Of a stretch of DNA of 64,000 bases, positions 56,068-64,000 are shown piece by piece. The notes beneath the pieces were generated by a model that was not told the DNA's origin, did no database searches, and was given only the letters and a program-made list of their open reading frames with translations. The DNA is taken from the IMG/VR virus record IMGVR_UViG_3300023048_000002, positions 96,001-160,000 of that record; one strand, 5' to 3'. Source of the DNA: a virus. Its lineage: Duplodnaviria; Caudoviricetes. Made by a program: the position numbers and the translations under genes. Positions within the stretch are counted from its first letter, which is position 1, and each line of letters begins with the position of its first letter.

Positions 56068-56837
56068 CTTACAGGGTTGAGACTGATTGGGGTTGTTCTC
56101 TTCTCCCCACAATACTTGCAAACAAATTCATGTTCCAATCGCATACCCCAAACATTGATTCTCTGAATATTTTCTAGAATCTTGTATTGGAACTCACGAT
56201 CAAGGTCTCTAACGAAATCTTTAATGATATCTTGATCCTCATAGGTATCAACTGATGAGATGCTTGCAACCAAGTTATCGATGAAGGTCGTGTAAATGCC
56301 ATCGGGCGTTTCAAAATCTCCTGCACCCTGATTAATCTCAATCATTTTAGCGAAAGTGACATATTTGGTTTTGAATACGAAACCATTTAGAGTGAAATTA
56401 GCATTTGCTAACTCATCTTCAGTCATCTCTTTTGTCTTCTTCATAAAGCTAGATACAGGTACTTCAAGGTCAACATACTTAGCCTTTTCACAGTCACATT
56501 TATATGGGACTGTCATGATGTCACCGTATGAGACCTGACGCATTGCGGTCAGGATAAAGTCTACATCCTTGGATAATAGCTCCAATGGCTTCTGTACCTG
56601 TGGACAGCAACGGCTGATAACCTTCTGAACGGCAGTCCCTTGGAATAACATATCAGGAGTGCGGAGATAGATTTCATCCAATGTAGTCATCGGATATACG
56701 AGAATTTCACCATCAACCACTTCATCAGCTAATTCACCATTAGTGTAAGTCAAGCCTTTTGATGGTATACGATAAGTTACGCCCGGCATTCTGCCGCTCT
56801 TTAGTAACTTATTTTTTAGTGGATTTGTTTCTGACAT
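56028..56837 (-). CDS. gp26: Baseplate hub assembly protein (gp26-like)
   Basis: PSKG..Y, PMT..DEI..RTPD.L, CxC/CKYC, ends PVSFF. Confidence 0.8.
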   Translation of the reverse strand: MSETNPLKNKLLKSGRMPGVTYRIPSKGLTYTNGELADEVVDGEILVYPMTTLDEIYLRTPDMLFQGTAVQKVISRCCPQVQKPLELLSKDVDFILTAMRQVSYGDIMTVPYKCDCEKAKYVDLEVPVSSFMKKTKEMTEDELANANFTLNGFVFKTKYVTFAKMIEINQGAGDFETPDGIYTTFIDNLVASISSVDTYEDQDIIKDFVRDLDREFQYKILENIQRINVWGMRLEHEFVCKYCGEKRTTPISLNPVSFFTQPSSQEIDS

Positions 56838-56935
56838 TTGAAGTTCCTGATTTCGAAATTATTTATCCTATACAAAAAATGCCGAAATTTGTGTTTTAGG
56901 TATGCAGATAAATAAAATGTATAGAGGACTAATCA

Positions 56936-57883
56936 ATGCCAGCGTCTTATTCGGATACCGCAGCACCAGCTACATATAATTTTGATCTTCCTAGCGGTAC
57001 GAAAGTAACCACATTGGAACAGGTCAAAACTCTTTCGGCTAAAGATGCTAAACAATTACAGAATTTTGCTAAGGATGCCCAAGGTGGTCAGCCTGATTTG
57101 AGTAATGATCCTAAGCTACAACAGCTTTTTGATGCTGCTGGTCAGAGAGTCAAAGAAACCTCTACTGGTAGTGGACTTAATAAACAGTTACAAAATAAAG
57201 TAAGCGGTCTTACACCAACTGACAATACTCCCGGCATAGAACTTAATCAGGGCATTGATTATGTTGATAGACGAGCTATGGTTGAACAAAATAATGCTCT
57301 TAAGAAAGTAGCACTTGTAGGTAGTTATGGTACTGGCGCACGACCATTGACTGGCGATATCTCAACAAGCGGTACTATCCAGAACCAGAACAAAGATCAG
57401 CAAATCGTAGTTTTTGATGTAACACCAGAATTAAGTGAGAGTGGATCAACTGTCCTAGTTGATATTGGTGATATCCGTGCCGCAGCAAGTATTGTCATTT
57501 ATATGGGTAGCCCGAGTAGAAGCTTTTCTATTAATGCAAAGTTTGTATCCCGTGATGCAGATGAGGCAACACAGACCTATAAGAACATTGTCAATCTAAA
57601 AGCATGGCGTGAGCCACAGCTAGCACCGGGTGTTGGATTTAATGCTGAACCGGAAACATTAAGACTATTCGCTTATGAAGGAACTCTGAAAGGAATTCCT
57701 GTAATGATTCAGTCCCTTAATATTTCATGGTCACCAGAAGTAGATTATATTAGTGATAATAGTGGAAATCCGATTCCCATTATTCAGGATGTTACTATTC
57801 AGTTAAAAGAAGTAAGAAGCTTCGATGACTTGAAAACATTTGATTATTCACAGTTTAGAATCGGCAAATTGAATACTTGGTAA
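56936..57883 (+). CDS. Baseplate tail-tube initiator (gp48/gp54-like)
   Basis: F..TPE, SRSFSINAKF, P..L.L, V.IQSLN. Confidence 0.6.
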   Translation: MPASYSDTAAPATYNFDLPSGTKVTTLEQVKTLSAKDAKQLQNFAKDAQGGQPDLSNDPKLQQLFDAAGQRVKETSTGSGLNKQLQNKVSGLTPTDNTPGIELNQGIDYVDRRAMVEQNNALKKVALVGSYGTGARPLTGDISTSGTIQNQNKDQQIVVFDVTPELSESGSTVLVDIGDIRAAASIVIYMGSPSRSFSINAKFVSRDADEATQTYKNIVNLKAWREPQLAPGVGFNAEPETLRLFAYEGTLKGIPVMIQSLNISWSPEVDYISDNSGNPIPIIQDVTIQLKEVRSFDDLKTFDYSQFRIGKLNTW

Positions 57884-57888
57884 AGAAA

Positions 57889-58224
57889 ATGGCATTTAAA
57901 TTATATCAAAATAAAAGTTCTCTTGATCGTAAGTATTCAAGATTCGTAGCTGGTGGTACTACTGAATTAATCGGTAATTTTTTAGGTTGGTGGGAGAAAG
58001 CAGATATCCCTACTAATTATCTAGATGATGGTAAATTCACTATCACCAAAGAATTTGAACATAGACCAGATAAAATAGCCTATTATGTTTATGGTAGAGA
58101 AGATTTTATGTGGCTTGTTTTGCAGTATAATAACATCGTAGATATCAATGAAGAGCTTGTTACTGGTACGGTACTCAAGCTACCTTCATATTCAAGAGCG
58201 ATGTATAACTTGGTTAATAATTAA
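57889..58224 (+). CDS. Baseplate wedge gp53-like (LysM-type)
   Basis: RPDKIAY..YG...W.V..YN.I. Confidence 0.8.
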   Translation: MAFKLYQNKSSLDRKYSRFVAGGTTELIGNFLGWWEKADIPTNYLDDGKFTITKEFEHRPDKIAYYVYGREDFMWLVLQYNNIVDINEELVTGTVLKLPSYSRAMYNLVNN

Positions 58225-60050
58225 TGGCTGACACTGACAATGCACCACAGAATCCACTCTTACAGTATAAGTCTTATACGACTAAGAATATTCTGGTGGC
58301 TTTCACAACAACATCTGATGCAGTTAATACTAAAATAGATTACACATTAGGTGAAACTGGAACACAGTTTAATGGTACAGGCTGTGATAAGCCTGCCATT
58401 GTTGTTGTTAATGAGTTTGTAGATTATAAATTTTCTATTGTAAACCACCAAAATGAATTTTCATTCCATTCATTTTTTGATAGATCAACATCATCAATGA
58501 CAGGATCGCTTACAATCACCGATTCTGTTGGTGGTTATTTTCAAAACTTTATGCGAGACCAAGTAGCCATTAAATTAGGTATTGCTCAGTCACATGTTGT
58601 GTTTGCCTTAAAGACTTGGTTTATTGGAACAACAAAGACTGATGAGCAGTTGATTTTATCAACAAAGCCATTGATCTTTCACATGATCAATTTAACGCAC
58701 TCTTTTAATGATACAGGTTCCCAAAACTTTTACTCATTAATGTATGTTGCAGATTACAATACATTTGGTCTACTACCCAACTTTTCCAGAATGTTTCAGA
58801 TGACTGTAACGCATAAGGATAGTGGACAACATGCCGAGACTCCTATTGTTAGTCAGTCAACTGATCTAATTGCTAAAAGAAAACAGCTTGAATCCTATAG
58901 AAGTAAAAGAATTACTAATGATAAAACCATGATGAATATTCGTGATGTCATGGAAGGATTTGAAGCTGGCTTAAAGAATATGAAGTTTGCGCCCAAGTCA
59001 CAATTGCAATCTTGGATGGGAAATATCAGAAGTGATTATGTTAATAAAATAGAACCATATGATCAGAAAAAATCAGGTGGTGAGCTTCCTATCGAATATA
59101 ATATTCACTTAGATTCAATCTATGATAATTACGTTATTGATAATAGAAATCTAACTTATGAGCAACCTGAACAATCACAGGTTGCTGCTGGTATTAAAAG
59201 CTTTCAAGTAAAACCGGGTAAAAGCTTAACTGCTACGGTTAATAACTTAATGAAGCTATCCAGTCAGGTCGGTGAAGATGCTAGAGTTGGTTTGGATATG
59301 CAGAAAAGCTATAAATGTAACATGTCAACGATCAAGACCTGTGATGACAAATATCAGTTTGATGTCCATATCGCCCATTACATTGTTCCTAAGAACACAC
59401 AGACTGTTGATACTGGTCCCGGTAATGATGAAAGCTTTTTGAATCCATTAATATTCACTTATCAGGAATCAGCCAAAGATAGAGATATTATCAATATCTC
59501 AACGTCAATGTTTTCAGACAGTGATCTTTCTATCCTAGAACAACCTAATACCAGCAATGATAATAGAGTAGTTGTAGGCAATCGTGAACAGATTACAGTT
59601 GAAAGAAGTTCATCGGCAGGATTCTTCAATACCTCATTTAGTGGTGTGAGAGGAATGGCTGATCCTAAGAACTATAGCCTTGAGCGCCCAAATGGGCCAG
59701 TGTCAATTGACAACTTGGTCAAAACAAATCTTTCACAGACATCAAGATTATACATTACCATTGTCGGTAATCCTAATTTACTATCTGATCTTTTTAGAAA
59801 TCCACAAAAAGTTGTAGATGAAGATGAGGACTCACCATTTTACTATAAGTACCCTGAGTACTATCCGATGTATGCAAAACTTAATTTGTATTTGAAGCCT
59901 TCTAGCTCCATCGGTATAGAAAACGCAAAAGACATTCCTAACCAGTATTATTACACTGGTTATTACCATTTAGGAAAAGTTACCACGAATATCACTGGTA
60001 ACCTTTTCACCCAAGTATTAGAACTTTATAGGACTGATGATCAGACATGA
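58224..60050 (+). CDS. Baseplate hub protein (gp27-like)
   Basis: NPL..Y.SY; I.GNP; G.Y..V...F.Q.LEL. Confidence 0.6.
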   Translation: MADTDNAPQNPLLQYKSYTTKNILVAFTTTSDAVNTKIDYTLGETGTQFNGTGCDKPAIVVVNEFVDYKFSIVNHQNEFSFHSFFDRSTSSMTGSLTITDSVGGYFQNFMRDQVAIKLGIAQSHVVFALKTWFIGTTKTDEQLILSTKPLIFHMINLTHSFNDTGSQNFYSLMYVADYNTFGLLPNFSRMFQMTVTHKDSGQHAETPIVSQSTDLIAKRKQLESYRSKRITNDKTMMNIRDVMEGFEAGLKNMKFAPKSQLQSWMGNIRSDYVNKIEPYDQKKSGGELPIEYNIHLDSIYDNYVIDNRNLTYEQPEQSQVAAGIKSFQVKPGKSLTATVNNLMKLSSQVGEDARVGLDMQKSYKCNMSTIKTCDDKYQFDVHIAHYIVPKNTQTVDTGPGNDESFLNPLIFTYQESAKDRDIINISTSMFSDSDLSILEQPNTSNDNRVVVGNREQITVERSSSAGFFNTSFSGVRGMADPKNYSLERPNGPVSIDNLVKTNLSQTSRLYITIVGNPNLLSDLFRNPQKVVDEDEDSPFYYKYPEYYPMYAKLNLYLKPSSSIGIENAKDIPNQYYYTGYYHLGKVTTNITGNLFTQVLELYRTDDQT

Positions 60051-62677
60051 TGGAACAAGACCAACTGTTGGACATCCTCAACAAGAGATTTTCAACAAAC
60101 CAGAAAGGCGATTATTATCACACTGAAATCGGTATCACTACCGGTGTTGTTGTGGATACTGACGACCCGCTACAGCAGGGTCGCTTGAGAGTATTTTGTC
60201 CAGCATATGGTGATGATCCAAGTAAAATCTTCCAGCTTCCGTGGGCAGTTTATCTTGCACCGTTTGGGGGAACGATCAATAACAACCAGTTTGAACGTAA
60301 TGGTCAGACTTCTAATGGTTCTGTGAGCTATGGTTTTTGGGCTATTCCAGAAATGGGAGCTAATGTCGCAGTTGTCTGTATTGATGGTGACATGCGTAGA
60401 CGTGTTTATCTTGGTACGATCTTCGATCAACAGGAAACCCATACTTTAATTAATGGTAGATATAATTGGGGTGCTGGTGGATCAGCAGATGGTCCACTGA
60501 CATCTAGTGGTGATCCCATTGAGCCTGCATATAGCAATGCCAAGTCAGCCTATGCTGGAAAGAATAGTTCACCAGAATGGCAGTCCCGTGAGGCTGAATA
60601 CACTGTTGCGGCTGTCAGTAAAGATGTTAACCAACCACCAACACCAGATAAGTCAAGCTATCTAGATCAGCAGTTTGGTGAGATTAGCGAATTCCAGCAG
60701 TTTCCATTCAATAAAGATATTGTTGGTGGTCATGGCTATGATTGGTCAGGTTTCCAACATATCCCATTCAAATCTTCAAGAGCATTCGGCATGTCAACGC
60801 CGGGCTTCCACAGCATTGGTATGGATGATCGTATTACAAGTAATCGTATGAAGTTTAAGACATCATCAGGTCATCTATTCCTAATGGATGATACTAATGA
60901 GCGCATCTACATAAGAACAAACAAGGGTAATAATTGGATTGAAATGGATTCATCCGGCAACATTGATATGCATTCTGAAAGAAGAGTGTCAATTCATGCT
61001 GCGAAGGATATGAACTTTACATCTGATGAAACCATTCGTATGACAGCAACCAAGGGCATTCACATGTATGCCGGTGGTCAGAACTTGAATCCTCCACTAT
61101 CTGCCGCTCCGGCTGATGGACAGATTAGAATTCAAGCTGCTGATGATTTACATCTTGTATCCAAGAATCTAAGACAGCTTTCATTTGATGACACTATCTT
61201 TGAAATTGGTGGAAACCATTGCATGAGTATTGGTGGTACATCAAAGACACAGGTACACGGTGACATCGATTTGATTACTAATGCTGGTGACTTCAACACA
61301 ACAATTACTGGTAATTATAATCTTGCTGTCACTGGTAATATTGTTGAATTCGCCAATGGTACAGCATCACTATCATCACATGGTGATCTAAGCTTCTATT
61401 CATTCTATGGTCAATTGAACATGGGTTCACAGACCGATGTCGTAATGAAGTCTGTCAGTGGTGGTATTACCATGGAATCAGTTGGTGGTAACTCTGGTGG
61501 TACTGGTAGTATTACTCTAAAGACACCAAACTCACAGATCGCAGTCAGCAACATTGGTGCAGCTATCTCTACGAACGGTTCAATGAGCATTTCGTCAGGT
61601 ACAGATATGTCCATCGGTACGAATAAGCCTTCACCTCAGGTGCAGCCATTCCCTGATGAGTCAAAGGTTCCAGCAGTTTCATGTGACAACCTACCTGCTA
61701 CGGTGCCTATTGCTGGCTTCAGTGGTGCAGACTTGGCCGCTCGTGTAGCTTGGAATGCAGGTTTCCGTGGTCAGTCATTGACAATTGCTGTTGCTATTGC
61801 AGGCGCAGAATCAAGCTTTAACTCAAATGCTAAGGGTGACGTAGGTCTTGAAAATGATAAGTGGGGTCCATCCATCGGATTCTGGCAGGTTCGTTCCTTG
61901 AAGAACCCATCAGCATACAGCTATCCAGACACATTGCGTGTGGAAACAGCATTGTATGATCCACAAACCAACGCTAACGCAGCATATGCATTCTCATCAC
62001 ATGGTACGAAGTTTGGTGCATGGTCTACTTACACAAGTGGAAATTACTTGAGTTCTGGAAATATGAACCCAGCAGTCACCGCCATCACAAACATGTGTGC
62101 CTCAGCAACAACTCCACCACAGGGACTATCAGATTTTATGACTGTTTCTGGTATTACTTCTCGTGAAAGCAACCTTGATCTTCTTGTGGGAACATGTAAT
62201 GGTGGTTCTGCAATCTCAATCGGTATAGCAGGCATTTCATTGCAGTCCTTAGTAGACATTAACATACATGCTTTGGCTGCAACAGGTTTCGGTGTTAATG
62301 GACAATTCTCCGCACCATTGGTCAGCGGTGTTATTAGTCAGGTAAACATGCTTTCAACTGAGTTGAATACTCTTTCCTACTATTCAAGCTTGGCCTTGAC
62401 TGCGATTGCATCTGCATTGAACGCATTGAGTGGTGGTGCATCAATCCCACACTTCAATCTAGAGTTCCCAATCGATATTCAATCAATTTTACAGGCATTC
62501 TCATTGAGTGGTATTTCATTGCCATTGAACTTCACGGCTCTTATTAATATGTTGACTAGCGGCCTATGCCTACAGTTGCCCACGATCCCAGCAATCTCAA
62601 TCCCAAGTTTTCCGGGTAATGTACAGTCAATCTTCCAGAGTGAAAACTTTAATATAAATGGAGGTACAATCCTATGA
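60047..62677 (+). CDS. gp5: Baseplate spike gp5/VgrG-like with lytic transglycosylase domain
   Basis: GVVVDTDDP.Q.GRLRV; SGH...MDD; beta-helix; AESSFN..G.WQ..N..AA..AW.TY. Confidence 0.88.
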   Translation: MMEQDQLLDILNKRFSTNQKGDYYHTEIGITTGVVVDTDDPLQQGRLRVFCPAYGDDPSKIFQLPWAVYLAPFGGTINNNQFERNGQTSNGSVSYGFWAIPEMGANVAVVCIDGDMRRRVYLGTIFDQQETHTLINGRYNWGAGGSADGPLTSSGDPIEPAYSNAKSAYAGKNSSPEWQSREAEYTVAAVSKDVNQPPTPDKSSYLDQQFGEISEFQQFPFNKDIVGGHGYDWSGFQHIPFKSSRAFGMSTPGFHSIGMDDRITSNRMKFKTSSGHLFLMDDTNERIYIRTNKGNNWIEMDSSGNIDMHSERRVSIHAAKDMNFTSDETIRMTATKGIHMYAGGQNLNPPLSAAPADGQIRIQAADDLHLVSKNLRQLSFDDTIFEIGGNHCMSIGGTSKTQVHGDIDLITNAGDFNTTITGNYNLAVTGNIVEFANGTASLSSHGDLSFYSFYGQLNMGSQTDVVMKSVSGGITMESVGGNSGGTGSITLKTPNSQIAVSNIGAAISTNGSMSISSGTDMSIGTNKPSPQVQPFPDESKVPAVSCDNLPATVPIAGFSGADLAARVAWNAGFRGQSLTIAVAIAGAESSFNSNAKGDVGLENDKWGPSIGFWQVRSLKNPSAYSYPDTLRVETALYDPQTNANAAYAFSSHGTKFGAWSTYTSGNYLSSGNMNPAVTAITNMCASATTPPQGLSDFMTVSGITSRESNLDLLVGTCNGGSAISIGIAGISLQSLVDINIHALAATGFGVNGQFSAPLVSGVISQVNMLSTELNTLSYYSSLALTAIASALNALSGGASIPHFNLEFPIDIQSILQAFSLSGISLPLNFTALINMLTSGLCLQLPTIPAISIPSFPGNVQSIFQSENFNINGGTIL

Positions 62678-63000
62678 CTCTAGTAGTAAATGCAGATGTG
62701 GTAACAGGATTACCAACTTTTCCAGTAGATGGAGTGTATCAAGCATTCATGCCTAAGATCGCATCACCGGCATGTCTTTCTCAAGCTGATAACGCTCCTT
62801 GGACAAATAGAGTACCAGCGCATGAACCATGGGCTAGAACCATGATGGGTAATTCCACTACAAATGGTCCAAGTGATGAGTCAGGGTTCAACACCGGACA
62901 CGAACCACAGTTCGCAGATGATGGCGGTAAGGCATCTGAGAGCATCAATAGAGTGGAAGGTGATGACACGATACCTCGTGGACAATTCTGGCGCAGATAA
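62674..63000 (+). CDS. Spike-associated protein (RVP.HEPW)
   Basis: ATGA-coupled to gp5. Confidence 0.55.
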   Translation: MTLVVNADVVTGLPTFPVDGVYQAFMPKIASPACLSQADNAPWTNRVPAHEPWARTMMGNSTTNGPSDESGFNTGHEPQFADDGGKASESINRVEGDDTIPRGQFWRR

Positions 63001-63023
63001 ATATTTAATTATCGGATATGTAA

Positions 63024-63395
63024 ATGGATCAGTATATTGGGTTTTCTACCCTTGAATTTCAGAATAACAAAAGCCTTATTCTAAAAAATGCCAACTTAAT
63101 CAAGCAAGACTTGATAAACAACATTTTTACGAAAAAGGGTGAAAGGGTCATGATGACCACCTATGGAACACGAATCCCTGATTTGGTATTTGAACCACTA
63201 GATGATGCGACAGTTTACATAGTACAACAGGATATCACTCAGGTTTTCGACAATGACCCTCGTGTTAAGTTGCAAAATCTTTCTGTGATCCCACTTTACG
63301 ACCAAAGCACTATCATGGTGTTTGCAGACGTTTATTATACGTATTTGAATTTCAGCGATAAACTCGACCTGAATATTAAATTCGTAGACGCTTAA
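63024..63395 (+). CDS. gp25: Baseplate wedge gp25-like
   Basis: T.KGER.M...YGT.I.DL.FEP; DPRV. Confidence 0.92.
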   Translation: MDQYIGFSTLEFQNNKSLILKNANLIKQDLINNIFTKKGERVMMTTYGTRIPDLVFEPLDDATVYIVQQDITQVFDNDPRVKLQNLSVIPLYDQSTIMVFADVYYTYLNFSDKLDLNIKFVDA

Positions 63396-63422
63396 ATAAA
63401 TATTAGAAATTTTGAGGTTATA

Positions 63423-64000
63423 ATGGCACGAGTAATTAACAGAGCGGAAACATGGGAAGCAGCGTATGAGGCTTTCCAACAAGTAAACTTTACCGCATGG
63501 GATTTCGATAGCATCAAGAAATCGCTATTGGATTATCTTAAGGTTTATTACTCAGAAGAAGATTTCAATGACTACATCGAATCTTCGGAACTAGTTGTCA
63601 TTCTTGAGCTATTCGCCTATGTAGGTGAATTGATCGCCTACAGACAGGACATGAATGCTCACGAGAACATTCTAACAGATGCAGATAGAAAAGAATCTGT
63701 CCTTAGACTTGCTAAACTTTTATCTTATAATGCCTCAAGAAATCTACCAGCCCGTGGTTTGGTAAAGCTAACTTCAATATCCACAACAGAACAAATCTTT
63801 GATTCTCGTGCAGTTGATCTAACTAATAAGACAATTTACTGGAATGACCAGAATAATGATCAGTGGAAGGACCAGTTCCTAACTATTTTAAATAGAGTGC
63901 TGGCACAACCATTTGGTACAGTGCTTCCTTCAGATCGCGTACAGGTACAGGATGTCGTCTTCGAACTTTATGGGATGAACAACAATCCATTGACTAATAA
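63423..64000 (+). CDS. gp6: Baseplate wedge gp6-like, truncated at right edge
   Basis: DFDSIKKSLLDYL...DFNDYIESSE...AY.G...E.....A.R.ESV..LA..L.Y. Confidence 0.9.
   Translation, partial: MARVINRAETWEAAYEAFQQVNFTAWDFDSIKKSLLDYLKVYYSEEDFNDYIESSELVVILELFAYVGELIAYRQDMNAHENILTDADRKESVLRLAKLLSYNASRNLPARGLVKLTSISTTEQIFDSRAVDLTNKTIYWNDQNNDQWKDQFLTILNRVLAQPFGTVLPSDRVQVQDVVFELYGMNNNPLTN

Overview
This is a 64-kb segment of a large T4-superfamily (jumbo-type) myophage of a Gram-negative host, in standard genetic code. The head module is split: gp13-like neck, lysozyme, gp23 and gp22 lie at the left end, and gp21, core proteins, gp20 portal and a tape-measure-like gene at about 41-47.5 kb. These are followed by gp55 late sigma, gp47/gp46, a DinG helicase, an 800-bp non-coding origin-like region, RuvC and a baseplate module (gp51/26, 48/54, 53, hub, 5, 25, 6). 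A 34-kb accessory region between them carries 27 tRNA genes, 4 tRNA-like RNAs, Acb2, a kinase and a phosphatase, PARP, TelA, three ATP-grasp ligases, a porin, an exported ClpP, Pth2, Orn, MazG proteins and an HNH endonuclease. The main finding is a complete ribosome-dependent transcription attenuator (32421-32647) heading the largest tRNA array. Codons 2-17 of its leader peptide encode only the seven amino acids (N,K,F,I,D,H,Y) whose tRNAs make up that array. The array also holds a tRNA-Ile(UAU) with a second, GAU-bearing anticodon-like arm, tRNA-like RNAs with rebuilt anticodon domains, and mini-genes that copy segments of the phage's own capsid protein. Portal-like segments occur elsewhere in the accessory region; together these are possible immune decoys. 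All calls come from reading motifs by eye; no searches were run.
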